Source: Candidatus Bathyarchaeia archaeon | GTDB lineage: Archaea > Thermoproteota > Bathyarchaeia > Bathyarchaeales > Bathycorpusculaceae | Length of the DNA: 64,000 bases | Direction of reading: 5' to 3' | Assembly (NCBI GenBank): GCA_038882955.1 | Contig: JAVZNC010000001.1 | Coordinates: 256,001-320,000 of the forward strand | In this document: positions 28,919-37,325 of the stretch, one piece after another | How positions within the stretch are numbered: the stretch's first letter is position 1 | Layout of the letters: the number at the start of each line of letters is the position of its first letter | The notes under the pieces: generated by a model | Seen by the model: the letters and a program-made list of their open reading frames with translations, nothing else | Database searches by the model: none | What the model was told of the DNA's origin: nothing | Translations under genes and position numbers: made by a program

Positions 28919-29752
28919 TCACCATTGCTTGCTTATTATCTGTAGCACACTTACGGCGTAGAAGGTGTCCTCAAATGTTGATATCCCTAGGTCTGACCTC
29001 GCAAATCCGCCGTTTGCATTTTGGCATTTAAGGATAAATCTAATTGTGCCTTCAGGGTAAGCTGCATGTTCGCCGAGCAGATTCAGCGTCATTACCCCAT
29101 AGTAGACATGCTCCATGTACGGTGTAGAGCTGCTCGGTATAACTGTGAAGCCTCCAGAAGGCTTCTCGCATGATCTGACGTAGGTTAAGGTATTTTTGAG
29201 GGATTTAACTGGATAGCCGAGATTGTATAGTGTGGCTACTGCATGATAAGTTGCATTTAGATTGGAATATCCATAGGCGCCGAAGCCTCCATCAGCATTG
29301 TGATAGCCTAAAAGCCACTGTGCAATTTTTTCGCGGTTGATCTCTACATTGGCAATTTTGGCGAGTTCTGTCGCCATAAAAACAGTTTCAAACTCTGATG
29401 CAACTTCCACGTAAACATCCACTGCATTAAATTCCATTCGCGAAAACTGGGATAAAAGAAACTCTTTAAGCCTTTCATCCGGTTCTCGTCCACACAGCTT
29501 TAAGGCTTTAGCTACATAATAATGCGAATAAAGATCACCTGGGACAAAATTACGTAGCCAATTAACAGTCTGATCAAAGTTCGGGAAGGAAGCATTAAGC
29601 ATCTTCAAAATTGCTAATCCATAATAAGTGTCTTGCGCATTTGATTCTGTCCCACGGCAAAAAGTGTAACCTCCATCACTATTTTGCCTACAAACAACGT
29701 ATTTTACAATTTTTTCAGTCCTAAGCACTTTATTAAAATGCTCAATTTTCAT
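28919..29752 (-). CDS. Prenyltransferase/squalene-oxidase repeat (alpha/alpha barrel) protein
   Basis: Repeats QNSDGGY, HNADGGFG, EKPSGGF, QNANGGFA, each followed by a helix; start at ATG 29752 or TTG 29800. Confidence 0.8.
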   Translation of the reverse strand: MKIEHFNKVLRTEKIVKYVVCRQNSDGGYTFCRGTESNAQDTYYGLAILKMLNASFPNFDQTVNWLRNFVPGDLYSHYYVAKALKLCGREPDERLKEFLLSQFSRMEFNAVDVYVEVASEFETVFMATELAKIANVEINREKIAQWLLGYHNADGGFGAYGYSNLNATYHAVATLYNLGYPVKSLKNTLTYVRSCEKPSGGFTVIPSSSTPYMEHVYYGVMTLNLLGEHAAYPEGTIRFILKCQNANGGFARSDLGISTFEDTFYAVSVLQIISKQW

Positions 29753-29829
29753 ATCTAAGGCTATCTTGCCACTCTGACTGAACCGCCCCACTTCATGCAA
29801 CCTTACGCCACTCCATCTATTTTAATGCA

Positions 29830-29891
29830 GTAGAAGCTATCAGCCCCTGCGAATGCAGAAGCAAGGGCGGTTAAAGGCGAGCTTCATCGCC
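29830..29891 (-). promoter_or_regulatory. Fluoride riboswitch (crcB motif) aptamer
   Basis: Minus strand reads GGCGATGAAGCTCGCC-TTTAACCGCCC...GGGGCTGATAGCTTCTAC: P1 GGCGA/TCGCC, pseudoknot GAAGCT/AGCTTC, conserved GATG, AACCGC, GCTGAT and CTAC. Confidence 0.88.
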
Positions 29892-29917
29892 TATGTTTAG
29901 GCGAAATGCAAAACTAA

Positions 29918-29925
29918 CAAATAAA
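29918..29925 (-). promoter_or_regulatory. Candidate TATA box for the riboswitch transcript
   Basis: TTTATTTG on the minus strand, about 26 nt upstream of the aptamer 5' end. Confidence 0.45.
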
Positions 29926-29956
29926 CGTTATGAAAAACAAATGAAAAATTGATTAA

Positions 29957-30050
29957 CGGGCCCGCCGGGATTTGAACCCGGGATCTCCGGCTTAGAAGGC
30001 CGACGCGCTTTGTGGAATTGGCTTTTCTATCCATGCTGCGCCACGGGCCC
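29957..30050 (-). tRNA. tRNA-Arg (TCT) with a 17-19 nt intron in the D-loop
   Basis: GGGCCCG/CGGGCCC acceptor stem, GCGC/GCGC D-stem, anticodon loop CTTCTAA, CCGGG-TTCAAAT-CCCGG T-arm; extra GAAAAGCCAATTCCACAAA in the D-loop. Confidence 0.9.
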
Positions 30051-30094
30051 CTATCCTGCGACTGAATAGAAAGGTTGGTGGGTGATATATTATT

Positions 30095-32998
30095 TTATTC
30101 TATGTAGATTGCTGGTCTGAAGGGTTTTGCTTGTTGCGCCCGCTTTTTAGGGTCGTAGCATTCCGGGCCTTCTTCGCTGTAAATGTATATTTCAGCTTTT
30201 AGTTCTTTTTTGAAGAATTTTTCAGCGCCTTTCAGCGTTTGGTATTCGTCTATTTTTTTGATTTGTATTAGCCTCTGTTTTCTTTCCTCTGGCAGGCGAT
30301 TGACGTCGTCCAGTATTTGGCTGAGGAACTTTGCAACTTTTTCTGCTTTGGCTTTTAGTTCAGTGTCCTCCATAAGCTCCTTCATTAAATCTTTCTGTGA
30401 AATCTTTGCTCCGACTGATTTTGCCAGAGCTCTTTGGTATATTCGCCATTTCCACGGGGCAGCAGCATAATAGTAAACTTTCGTTGGTGTTATGTTTGTA
30501 GCTTTTACAATGTTGAATGTGTCTTCTAGGACGCTCATGATTAGTGTTTCTTTTTCTTCTGCTTCGATGTCTATTTTGGACTCGTCTGGTGTCGGCCAGC
30601 TCGCCGTTGAAACGAAGTTTTCTCCGCCAAGCATTTCCCATAGTTCCTCACAAACGTGTGGGGCTACTGGTGCGAGCATTCTTATTTGGGCGTTTAGGAT
30701 TTCACTGATAACGTAGGATGCCGCACCATTGTTTGCTTCTGTCATCCGCCTCTGGTACCATTGAAAGTCTTGGTCTAGCTCGTATAGTATGGTTTGTATG
30801 GCTTTTCGCACTGCTAGTTTTTCCATGGCTTCCGTTGTCCTTTTAATGTGCCATTGCAGTCGGCTGAGCATCCACTTGTCCAAGGCTGATAGGCTTGTTT
30901 TTCTTTGCTCGTGCGTTTCTTTAGTGAAGTTTGCGATGAATTTGTGTATGCGCTCAAGTCTTTCGCGCATGGCTCTTGCAACAGCGGGGCTGAAATCTGC
31001 GTCTTGTAGCAGTTCAGCGGTTCCCAGAACGCTTAGTCTTATTGGGTCTGCCCCATATTTTTCGAGGCCTTCGCGTAGTGGTATTATGTTTCCGAAGGAT
31101 TTGCTCATTTTTGCGCCTTCCATTAGTACGTGGCCGTTTGTCACTATTTGGCGTGGCCAAAGGTTTTCTGGGAATATTGCTGTGTGGTTGAATATCATGA
31201 ATGTTAGGTGGTTTGGGATTAGCTCGTGCGCTGAATGGCGGCTGTCAAGCGGGTAGAAGTATAGGAACTCTTCTCGCATTTTCTCTAGCGTTTCTTGTTT
31301 TAGCCCTGTTTTTTCTGTGATTTCCTTGGCGTTTCCTTTTCCGAGAAAGACATAGTCAAAGACCTCGTTTGTTAGTTGTGCCGCGCCTACATTGCCTTCT
31401 TTTATGTGTCTTGCGATTGTGTAGTATGCCATATAGATAGTTGAGTCTGACAGGGACTCGATTATCCAGTCCTTGTCCCATGGAAGCCTTGTGCCCATGC
31501 CCGACTTTCTAGCGCATGCCTTTTCGTGTAGCCAGTCGATGACGTGCTCGTATTCTTTGCGCATTTCTTCTGGTAGGATTTCCATTTTTTCGAGGTTTTT
31601 GTGTGCTAGGACTTTCCATTGCGGGTTTCCGTAGTCTATGAACCATTGGTCTTCAAAGATTTTTACGATGCACTCTGTTCCGCATCGGCATTTCACTGGT
31701 CTATTCAGAAGCTCGTACATTGTTGTTGCTTTGCCCTCTGCCACAATGTCTTGTTTTACCTTGTCCTTTGCTTCGGCTACTGTTAAGCCGCAATATTTGC
31801 CAGTGTTGCTTTTCATCTTTCCATTGTGGAACTCGTGACGGTAAACCTCTTTTGTGGCATCCTCAAGCTTTGGATCTGTCTGGTCCTGGATGCCCATCTT
31901 CTTTACGACGTCGGCTGCTGGAATCTCCGAATAATCAGGCACTTCAATAAGTGAGACTGGTTTTATGGTTTCGACTTCTTCTGGTTTTATGTCGTACTCC
32001 TTTAGCATGCCAGAAGCTTTTTTGATGTTTTCAAGTGCAACTAGGTCGTATGGAGCGTGTCCTGGAACAGACATGACGACGCCGGTGGCGTTTTTTGGGT
32101 CGACGAATTCTGCGGGCAGTATAATAATCTTGTTTTTTGTTACTGGGTTTTCGACGTAGGCGCCGATTAGGCTTTTTCCTTCAAATGTTTCGATGACTTT
32201 GACTTTGTGGTTTAGGTAGGTGAGTTTTTCTGCGGCTTCCTGGCTTACAACCCATTCTTCGCCGTCAACTGTGGCTTTTACGTATTTGGCTTTTGGATTC
32301 ACCCAAATGTTTGTTACGCCGAATACTGTTTCTGGGCGGAGTGTCGCAGTTGGAAAGATGGTTTCGCCTTTTTTGAATTTTATTATTGTGAATTCGCCGA
32401 TTTCTGGCTCCACATCGCCGACCGTGTCGTGTTGACCGACGGGGTTGCCGCATTTTGGGCACCAGCCAACTGGGTGGCTTCCGCGGGTTATGTAGCCTTT
32501 TTCGCGTAGTTTTTCGAATTGCCATTCTATGAAGCGGTTGTATTGCGGGTCTATTGTCGTGAATTCGCGTCTCCAGTCTATGGAAAACCCTATTTTTTTC
32601 ATTCCTTCTTTGATTTCTTGGTGGAAATAGCGCGCCATGTTCAGCGGGTCAGTCAGCTCTTTCAGTTTTTCTTTGGGAATTTTGTATACGTTTACGAAGT
32701 CTTTGATTAGTTCTTCGTCGTTTTCTGCTAGGCGTTTTGCCATTGCCAAGACTGGTGTTCCAGTGTAGTGGAAAGCCATTGGCAATAGCACGTTGTAGCC
32801 GCGCATTCGCATGTATCTCGCATGCACGTCAGCTAACGTGTAGGTTCTTGCGTGTCCGATGTGTTGCGGCGAGTTTGGGTATGGATAGGCCACTGTTATG
32901 AAGTATTTTGGTTTTGCAGGGTCTGGGTTTGCCTCGAAAATTTTTGCTTCTTCCCAGCGCTTTTGCCATTTTTCTTCGATTTTTTTTAAAAATTCCAT
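30095..32998 (-). CDS. leuS: Leucine-tRNA ligase
   Basis: YPYPN..QHIGH, TLRPET, ESLSDSTIY, KMSKS. Confidence 0.97.
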   Translation of the reverse strand: MEFLKKIEEKWQKRWEEAKIFEANPDPAKPKYFITVAYPYPNSPQHIGHARTYTLADVHARYMRMRGYNVLLPMAFHYTGTPVLAMAKRLAENDEELIKDFVNVYKIPKEKLKELTDPLNMARYFHQEIKEGMKKIGFSIDWRREFTTIDPQYNRFIEWQFEKLREKGYITRGSHPVGWCPKCGNPVGQHDTVGDVEPEIGEFTIIKFKKGETIFPTATLRPETVFGVTNIWVNPKAKYVKATVDGEEWVVSQEAAEKLTYLNHKVKVIETFEGKSLIGAYVENPVTKNKIIILPAEFVDPKNATGVVMSVPGHAPYDLVALENIKKASGMLKEYDIKPEEVETIKPVSLIEVPDYSEIPAADVVKKMGIQDQTDPKLEDATKEVYRHEFHNGKMKSNTGKYCGLTVAEAKDKVKQDIVAEGKATTMYELLNRPVKCRCGTECIVKIFEDQWFIDYGNPQWKVLAHKNLEKMEILPEEMRKEYEHVIDWLHEKACARKSGMGTRLPWDKDWIIESLSDSTIYMAYYTIARHIKEGNVGAAQLTNEVFDYVFLGKGNAKEITEKTGLKQETLEKMREEFLYFYPLDSRHSAHELIPNHLTFMIFNHTAIFPENLWPRQIVTNGHVLMEGAKMSKSFGNIIPLREGLEKYGADPIRLSVLGTAELLQDADFSPAVARAMRERLERIHKFIANFTKETHEQRKTSLSALDKWMLSRLQWHIKRTTEAMEKLAVRKAIQTILYELDQDFQWYQRRMTEANNGAASYVISEILNAQIRMLAPVAPHVCEELWEMLGGENFVSTASWPTPDESKIDIEAEEKETLIMSVLEDTFNIVKATNITPTKVYYYAAAPWKWRIYQRALAKSVGAKISQKDLMKELMEDTELKAKAEKVAKFLSQILDDVNRLPEERKQRLIQIKKIDEYQTLKGAEKFFKKELKAEIYIYSEEGPECYDPKKRAQQAKPFRPAIYIE

Positions 32999-33110
32999 AA
33001 AAGTTTCTGAATTGTTTTGAGGGGTATTAAATGTTTTGCCTTTAACCGTGGAGAACGCTGTCCCTCACATCAAACACCAAAGAGTATAATGCCTAACTTG
33101 CTTTAATCCT

Positions 33111-33302
33111 TTACTTTTTTGCCAGTCTGTAGCGGCGGTTTTCGCAGTCAACTATTTCATTTTCGAAAAGCTTGCGAAGAGAAGTAAAAACCTTCTTTTC
33201 TGGCACCCCAGTTTTCTCAGCGATCTCTGCAAGCGTTAAATCCTTGCTAGAGTTCTTCAGAGTTTCAATTATGAGTGTGTCAATCTTGTTTAGGTTAACC
33301 AT
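33111..33302 (-). CDS. Small winged-HTH protein
   Basis: LTLAEIAEKTG.PEKKVFTSLRKL. Confidence 0.7.
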   Translation of the reverse strand: MVNLNKIDTLIIETLKNSSKDLTLAEIAEKTGVPEKKVFTSLRKLFENEIVDCENRRYRLAKK

Positions 33303-33372
33303 CTGCATGCACTCTCGCAACCGCGTTTTCTGATTATTTTTGTGTAGTAGTTATAAAAATTTCGTGTAACTG

Positions 33373-33726
33373 TCAGAACCAAATTGACCAAATAACGAAC
33401 CCTATAAGCCCTAGTAAAGTGACTATAACCACGAATATTACTACTGCCACAATGCTTATGGCGAGAGCCATAAGCCAGCCACAGTCGAAGAAATGTTTCA
33501 CAAGGGCAAGCCACAATATTAGTTGGATTATTGCCGCAATTATGCCCGTGAAGAATGCACCGAAGAATGTTGCGATAACCGTTCCGAGAACCGCTATCCA
33601 TATTGCGTCTGTGAATTTTGCTTTTTGTCTCCCAACTAGAGCTATGCCAGCAAGCCACAAAACAGGCGAAATGATGATTATGTTTATTATGATGTTGATT
33701 GCGAGAGCGTCTAAATTGATTGGCAT
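33373..33726 (-). CDS. Hypothetical integral membrane protein
   Basis: About four hydrophobic helices; start placed at ATG 33726. Confidence 0.65.
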   Translation of the reverse strand: MPINLDALAINIIINIIIISPVLWLAGIALVGRQKAKFTDAIWIAVLGTVIATFFGAFFTGIIAAIIQLILWLALVKHFFDCGWLMALAISIVAVVIFVVIVTLLGLIGFVIWSIWF

Positions 33727-33802
33727 ACACCTTTGCTCCGATATATTTGCCTTTGGTTTATGTGCATGAAAGTATTTTAAACTTGCCACGAAAAAGCTGG
33801 TT

Positions 33803-36604
33803 TTAATTTGCCTTGCGATGTTTTAGCTGCTTCTTCAAAATTTCCTTGGCTTTTTCAATTGCCTCTTGAAGTTTGTCGATTTTTGTTCCTCCGCCTTGAG
33901 CGAAGTTTGGTCTGCCCCCTCCGCCTCCGCCTATGATTGCTGATGCTTCCCGCACTATTTCGTGTGCGTTTACGCCCTTTTCAAGCGCTTCTTTCCCAAC
34001 CATAACCATGACTCTCGCGCTTTTCCCGTTTGCTCCATAAAAGATTGCGGTTATGTTCGCGCCTTTTTTGATTATCTCGCTTGCAGTTTGAACCATGCGC
34101 TCAACATCTATAGACTCGCCGAAATCACGCAGAACCACCTTCACGCCGCCTATGGTTTCAGCCTTTTCCTCTGGCTTCTCGCTTAGTACGGCGCTTTCTT
34201 TTTCTGCTAATTCCTTAATCAGCCTTCTTCTCTCTGCGTTTGCCTCTTTAAGCTCTCTTACAAGTTTTTCAGCAGTCTTGTCCAGCTTCTCCAACGGTGC
34301 ATTAAGGATTTCAGCAACCTTCCACAACAACTTTTCCTTTTCCTGAACCACTTTTAGGGCTTGAGCGCCAACAGCATAAACGAGCCTTTCAACGCCATCC
34401 TGAACCCGCTCAGAATGAATTATCTTGATGAAGCCAATTTCGCCAGTACTTTTTAGGTGAGTTCCAGCACATGCTTCAACGTCCCAGTCGCCAGTTGCCA
34501 CAACACGAATTTCTTTCCCTGGAACAGCCCCACCCTGGTAAAGTCTAAAACCGTATTGGCTTTCAGCCTCGTTGCGCGGCATCCATTTTGTTTCTACCTG
34601 CATGTTTTGTAGAACTGTCTGGTTTGCCAAAGCCTCTATTTTGTGCACTTCTTCAAGTGTTAGTCTACGGTAATGCGAAATGTCAAGTCTGGAACTTTCT
34701 ATGCCCTTTTGTGTTCCAAACTGCCAGACGTGTTGCCCAAGAACGCGTCTTGCAGCGCCATTGATTAGGTGAGTTGCCGTGTGCGCCTTCATCAGCGCAT
34801 AGCGCTTTTCCCAGTCAATAACGCCCTTAATTACTGTGCCTTCCTTTGGGGCTGCTGCGCCAGCTATTTTGTGAACAATTACTTTGCCAACCTTTTGGAC
34901 GTCGACAACTTCGGCTTTTTTTCCGTTAAATTCTAGATAGCCGCCGTCTGCGGGTTGACCGCCCCCTTCTGGGTAAAAGCAAGTCTTGTCGAGGACAACG
35001 TATTCGCCGTCTACTACTTTAAGAACCTTCGCTTTGAATTCTCGCATGTACTGGTCAACATAGTAAAGCGGTTCTGTTTCTGGAAGTTGGGCAACTTCCG
35101 CTTCAAGCCATTCTTGTGGTTTTTTCTCTTCAACCGCTTTGGATGCTTGTAGGTGTTTTTGTGCAATTAGGGTGTAAAAGTTTTCTGGAACATTCACCTT
35201 TAAGCCTTCGTTCTCGGCTGTCAGCTGGACTATTTCTGGCGGAAGCCCGTGTGAATCATAAAGCTCTATTAAAGTTTCGATTGGAATTTCATTTTGGTTT
35301 TTCGCTTTTAATTCGCTTGATATCCGCTTAACCATGCCCTCGCCGCGTTTTATCGTTTCGCCATACTTCTCCTCTTCTACGGAGACTATCTCCATAATTT
35401 CGTTGCCCATTTCCTTCAGATGCGGAAAGTCCCGAGACCAGTGGCCAATTTGCATGTCAACAATGTCGTACAGTTTCTCTGGTATGCCCAGCATCCTCAA
35501 AAGCCTGTAGATTCTGCGGAAAACCAGCCGCGCCAAATAGCCCTCTTGAATGTTGGATGGAACGACGCCTTCAGCAAGCATGAAGCATAAGCATTTTGTG
35601 TGGTCTGCAACTGCAAAAGCATTTTCAATTGGTACTAGAAACTTGTCTAGTTCGTTGACGTCCACGCCGATTAGGTCTGCTTCACGCTTTCTAAATTCCA
35701 ACCTACTGGCAGTCTTGTCCAAGCTGACCAGCCCAGAAACCTTGGCAACCGCGTACAGCAAATCCTTGTCAACATTTGTTATTCCAGCAAAACTGAAAAT
35801 TTTGTCAAGTAAATTGCCGTAAACAGCGTGGAAACCGCTCGGCGCACCTTGAGAAAGCCATGCGTAACGGTCTATACCATATCCTGGGTCGACCGTCCTT
35901 ATTGGAAGTTTGACGAACTCGTCGTTTACGACCTTGTACTGCATAAAAACCAGCGTGGCAACCTCCAACCCTCTAATTATCACTTCTAGGCATGGACCAG
36001 CATTTCCGCCCCCGGACCAAACCTCTTCCTTATAAACGATTTCCTCAGATTTTACACCCAACTCGCTTGTAGCCCACTCATGATGGTAACGCACAGTCTG
36101 GTCCTTCCAGTAAACCTCCTTTTCAGGATAGTTGAAGGCATGCGCTCCGCCCATCTCAAAAATTGTTAGATGCCTGCCAAAGGTTGGTCCGGTGTTTGTT
36201 ATGTCAACAAGCCTTATGCACGGCTGCGAAATCACAAGCGGGTTTGCCGGCGGCGGCGCAATTCCGTTGGTCACGTATGGCTGGAAGTCTATTATACTTG
36301 CGTGTGTAAGGTATATGTCGTCTCTCCAACGTGCAACAACCGGGTACGGCTTTATCCTTGCATGTCCGCGTTTTTCGAAGAAGGATAGGAATGCTTCACG
36401 CATCTCGCGTAAAGTGTAGCTTTTCCTTGTTGGCGAGTTGTTTATGAAAGTGTAGAAGGCGCATTCTTCAGAGCTTGCCTCTCCGCATGTTTCTTGGATT
36501 GGATTCTGCGTCCAAAAGTATTTGCCGCATTTTGGACACAATTTTCTAACGTAGCCAAACTCCTTAAAGAATGGAACGCTGTATTCTTCCTCGGTGAACT
36601 CCAA
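33803..36604 (-). CDS. alaS: Alanine-tRNA ligase
   Basis: SIIDFQP, QPCIR, ADHTK, HTATH and CAGTH editing motifs, GGGGG DHHA1 domain. Confidence 0.97.
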   Translation of the reverse strand: MEFTEEEYSVPFFKEFGYVRKLCPKCGKYFWTQNPIQETCGEASSEECAFYTFINNSPTRKSYTLREMREAFLSFFEKRGHARIKPYPVVARWRDDIYLTHASIIDFQPYVTNGIAPPPANPLVISQPCIRLVDITNTGPTFGRHLTIFEMGGAHAFNYPEKEVYWKDQTVRYHHEWATSELGVKSEEIVYKEEVWSGGGNAGPCLEVIIRGLEVATLVFMQYKVVNDEFVKLPIRTVDPGYGIDRYAWLSQGAPSGFHAVYGNLLDKIFSFAGITNVDKDLLYAVAKVSGLVSLDKTASRLEFRKREADLIGVDVNELDKFLVPIENAFAVADHTKCLCFMLAEGVVPSNIQEGYLARLVFRRIYRLLRMLGIPEKLYDIVDMQIGHWSRDFPHLKEMGNEIMEIVSVEEEKYGETIKRGEGMVKRISSELKAKNQNEIPIETLIELYDSHGLPPEIVQLTAENEGLKVNVPENFYTLIAQKHLQASKAVEEKKPQEWLEAEVAQLPETEPLYYVDQYMREFKAKVLKVVDGEYVVLDKTCFYPEGGGQPADGGYLEFNGKKAEVVDVQKVGKVIVHKIAGAAAPKEGTVIKGVIDWEKRYALMKAHTATHLINGAARRVLGQHVWQFGTQKGIESSRLDISHYRRLTLEEVHKIEALANQTVLQNMQVETKWMPRNEAESQYGFRLYQGGAVPGKEIRVVATGDWDVEACAGTHLKSTGEIGFIKIIHSERVQDGVERLVYAVGAQALKVVQEKEKLLWKVAEILNAPLEKLDKTAEKLVRELKEANAERRRLIKELAEKESAVLSEKPEEKAETIGGVKVVLRDFGESIDVERMVQTASEIIKKGANITAIFYGANGKSARVMVMVGKEALEKGVNAHEIVREASAIIGGGGGGRPNFAQGGGTKIDKLQEAIEKAKEILKKQLKHRKAN

Positions 36605-36684
36605 AGCTAAACACTCCAGACAAGGCGGTTAGCATATTTTCAAAGGATTAAGGATGCACAAACATTTAAACTATTTCGCCAACT

Positions 36685-36993
36685 TTAGCCAAGTTTGAAA
36701 CCCAGCAAGAAACCAACAATGAAGCTTCCAATAAATGGTATAAGCGCTAAAACATGCACAAACCAAGAGAACGCTTCACCAGCCAACCCGAAGAGGTTGG
36801 ATACTGCTCTCCAAAGAGCCTCATAATTTATGTTAATTATTCCCTGCGTGCTTAAGTAGATTAGGGCAATTATGAAAAGTCCTACGAGAATTAATATTAG
36901 TTTGCTGAGTTTTTTCAAGGCAAACCCAACTATGAAACCGCCCACCCCGCCTATGCCCAGTTGATAAACAAGAGGCGAAATCAGCTCGCTCAT
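36685..36993 (-). CDS. FUN14-family membrane protein
   Basis: QLGIGGVGGFIVGFALKK...GIININY...F.VGFLLG. Confidence 0.85.
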   Translation of the reverse strand: MSELISPLVYQLGIGGVGGFIVGFALKKLSKLILILVGLFIIALIYLSTQGIININYEALWRAVSNLFGLAGEAFSWFVHVLALIPFIGSFIVGFLLGFKLG

Positions 36994-37065
36994 CTGAATC
37001 ACGCTGCATATCATCGCAAGTTTGATTTAACCATTTTGCAAAATATGAAACGATTTGCAACGGAG

Positions 37066-37320
37066 GTGAAAACCACGGATTTGGAAATGCTGTACGTACT
37101 AAATTTGATGTTAACTCTTGGCATGTTCACCGTTCTGATTTTCAGGGCATGGATTGAACTGAAAAACTACCGCTTGATGTGGAAGGAACTTGAATGGAGA
37201 CAAACATACCAGGCTGTTGGAAGGATACTGAAAGCGGAAAAAGAACTGTTCTCAAGAGTTGACGGTGGCGACGAGCTTTATCGGTTGCTCCGCGAAATCT
37301 TCAAGGTTCGAGAAGACTAG
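37066..37320 (+). CDS. Small hypothetical membrane protein
   Basis: One TM helix then a soluble helix; strong SD GGAGGTGA at 37062-37069; start codon uncertain. Confidence 0.6.
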   Translation: MKTTDLEMLYVLNLMLTLGMFTVLIFRAWIELKNYRLMWKELEWRQTYQAVGRILKAEKELFSRVDGGDELYRLLREIFKVRED

Positions 37321-37325
37321 CCCCT

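Noticed and set aside
28919-29752. True protein prenyltransferase beta subunit acting on its neighbours
   Set aside because: No DxC zinc motif, no alpha subunit, and the neighbouring proteins lack CaaX ends
27400-29957. Integrated mobile element at tRNA-Arg (likewise at tRNA-Gly)
   Set aside because: No integrase and no duplicated tRNA 3' end (att site) found by eye
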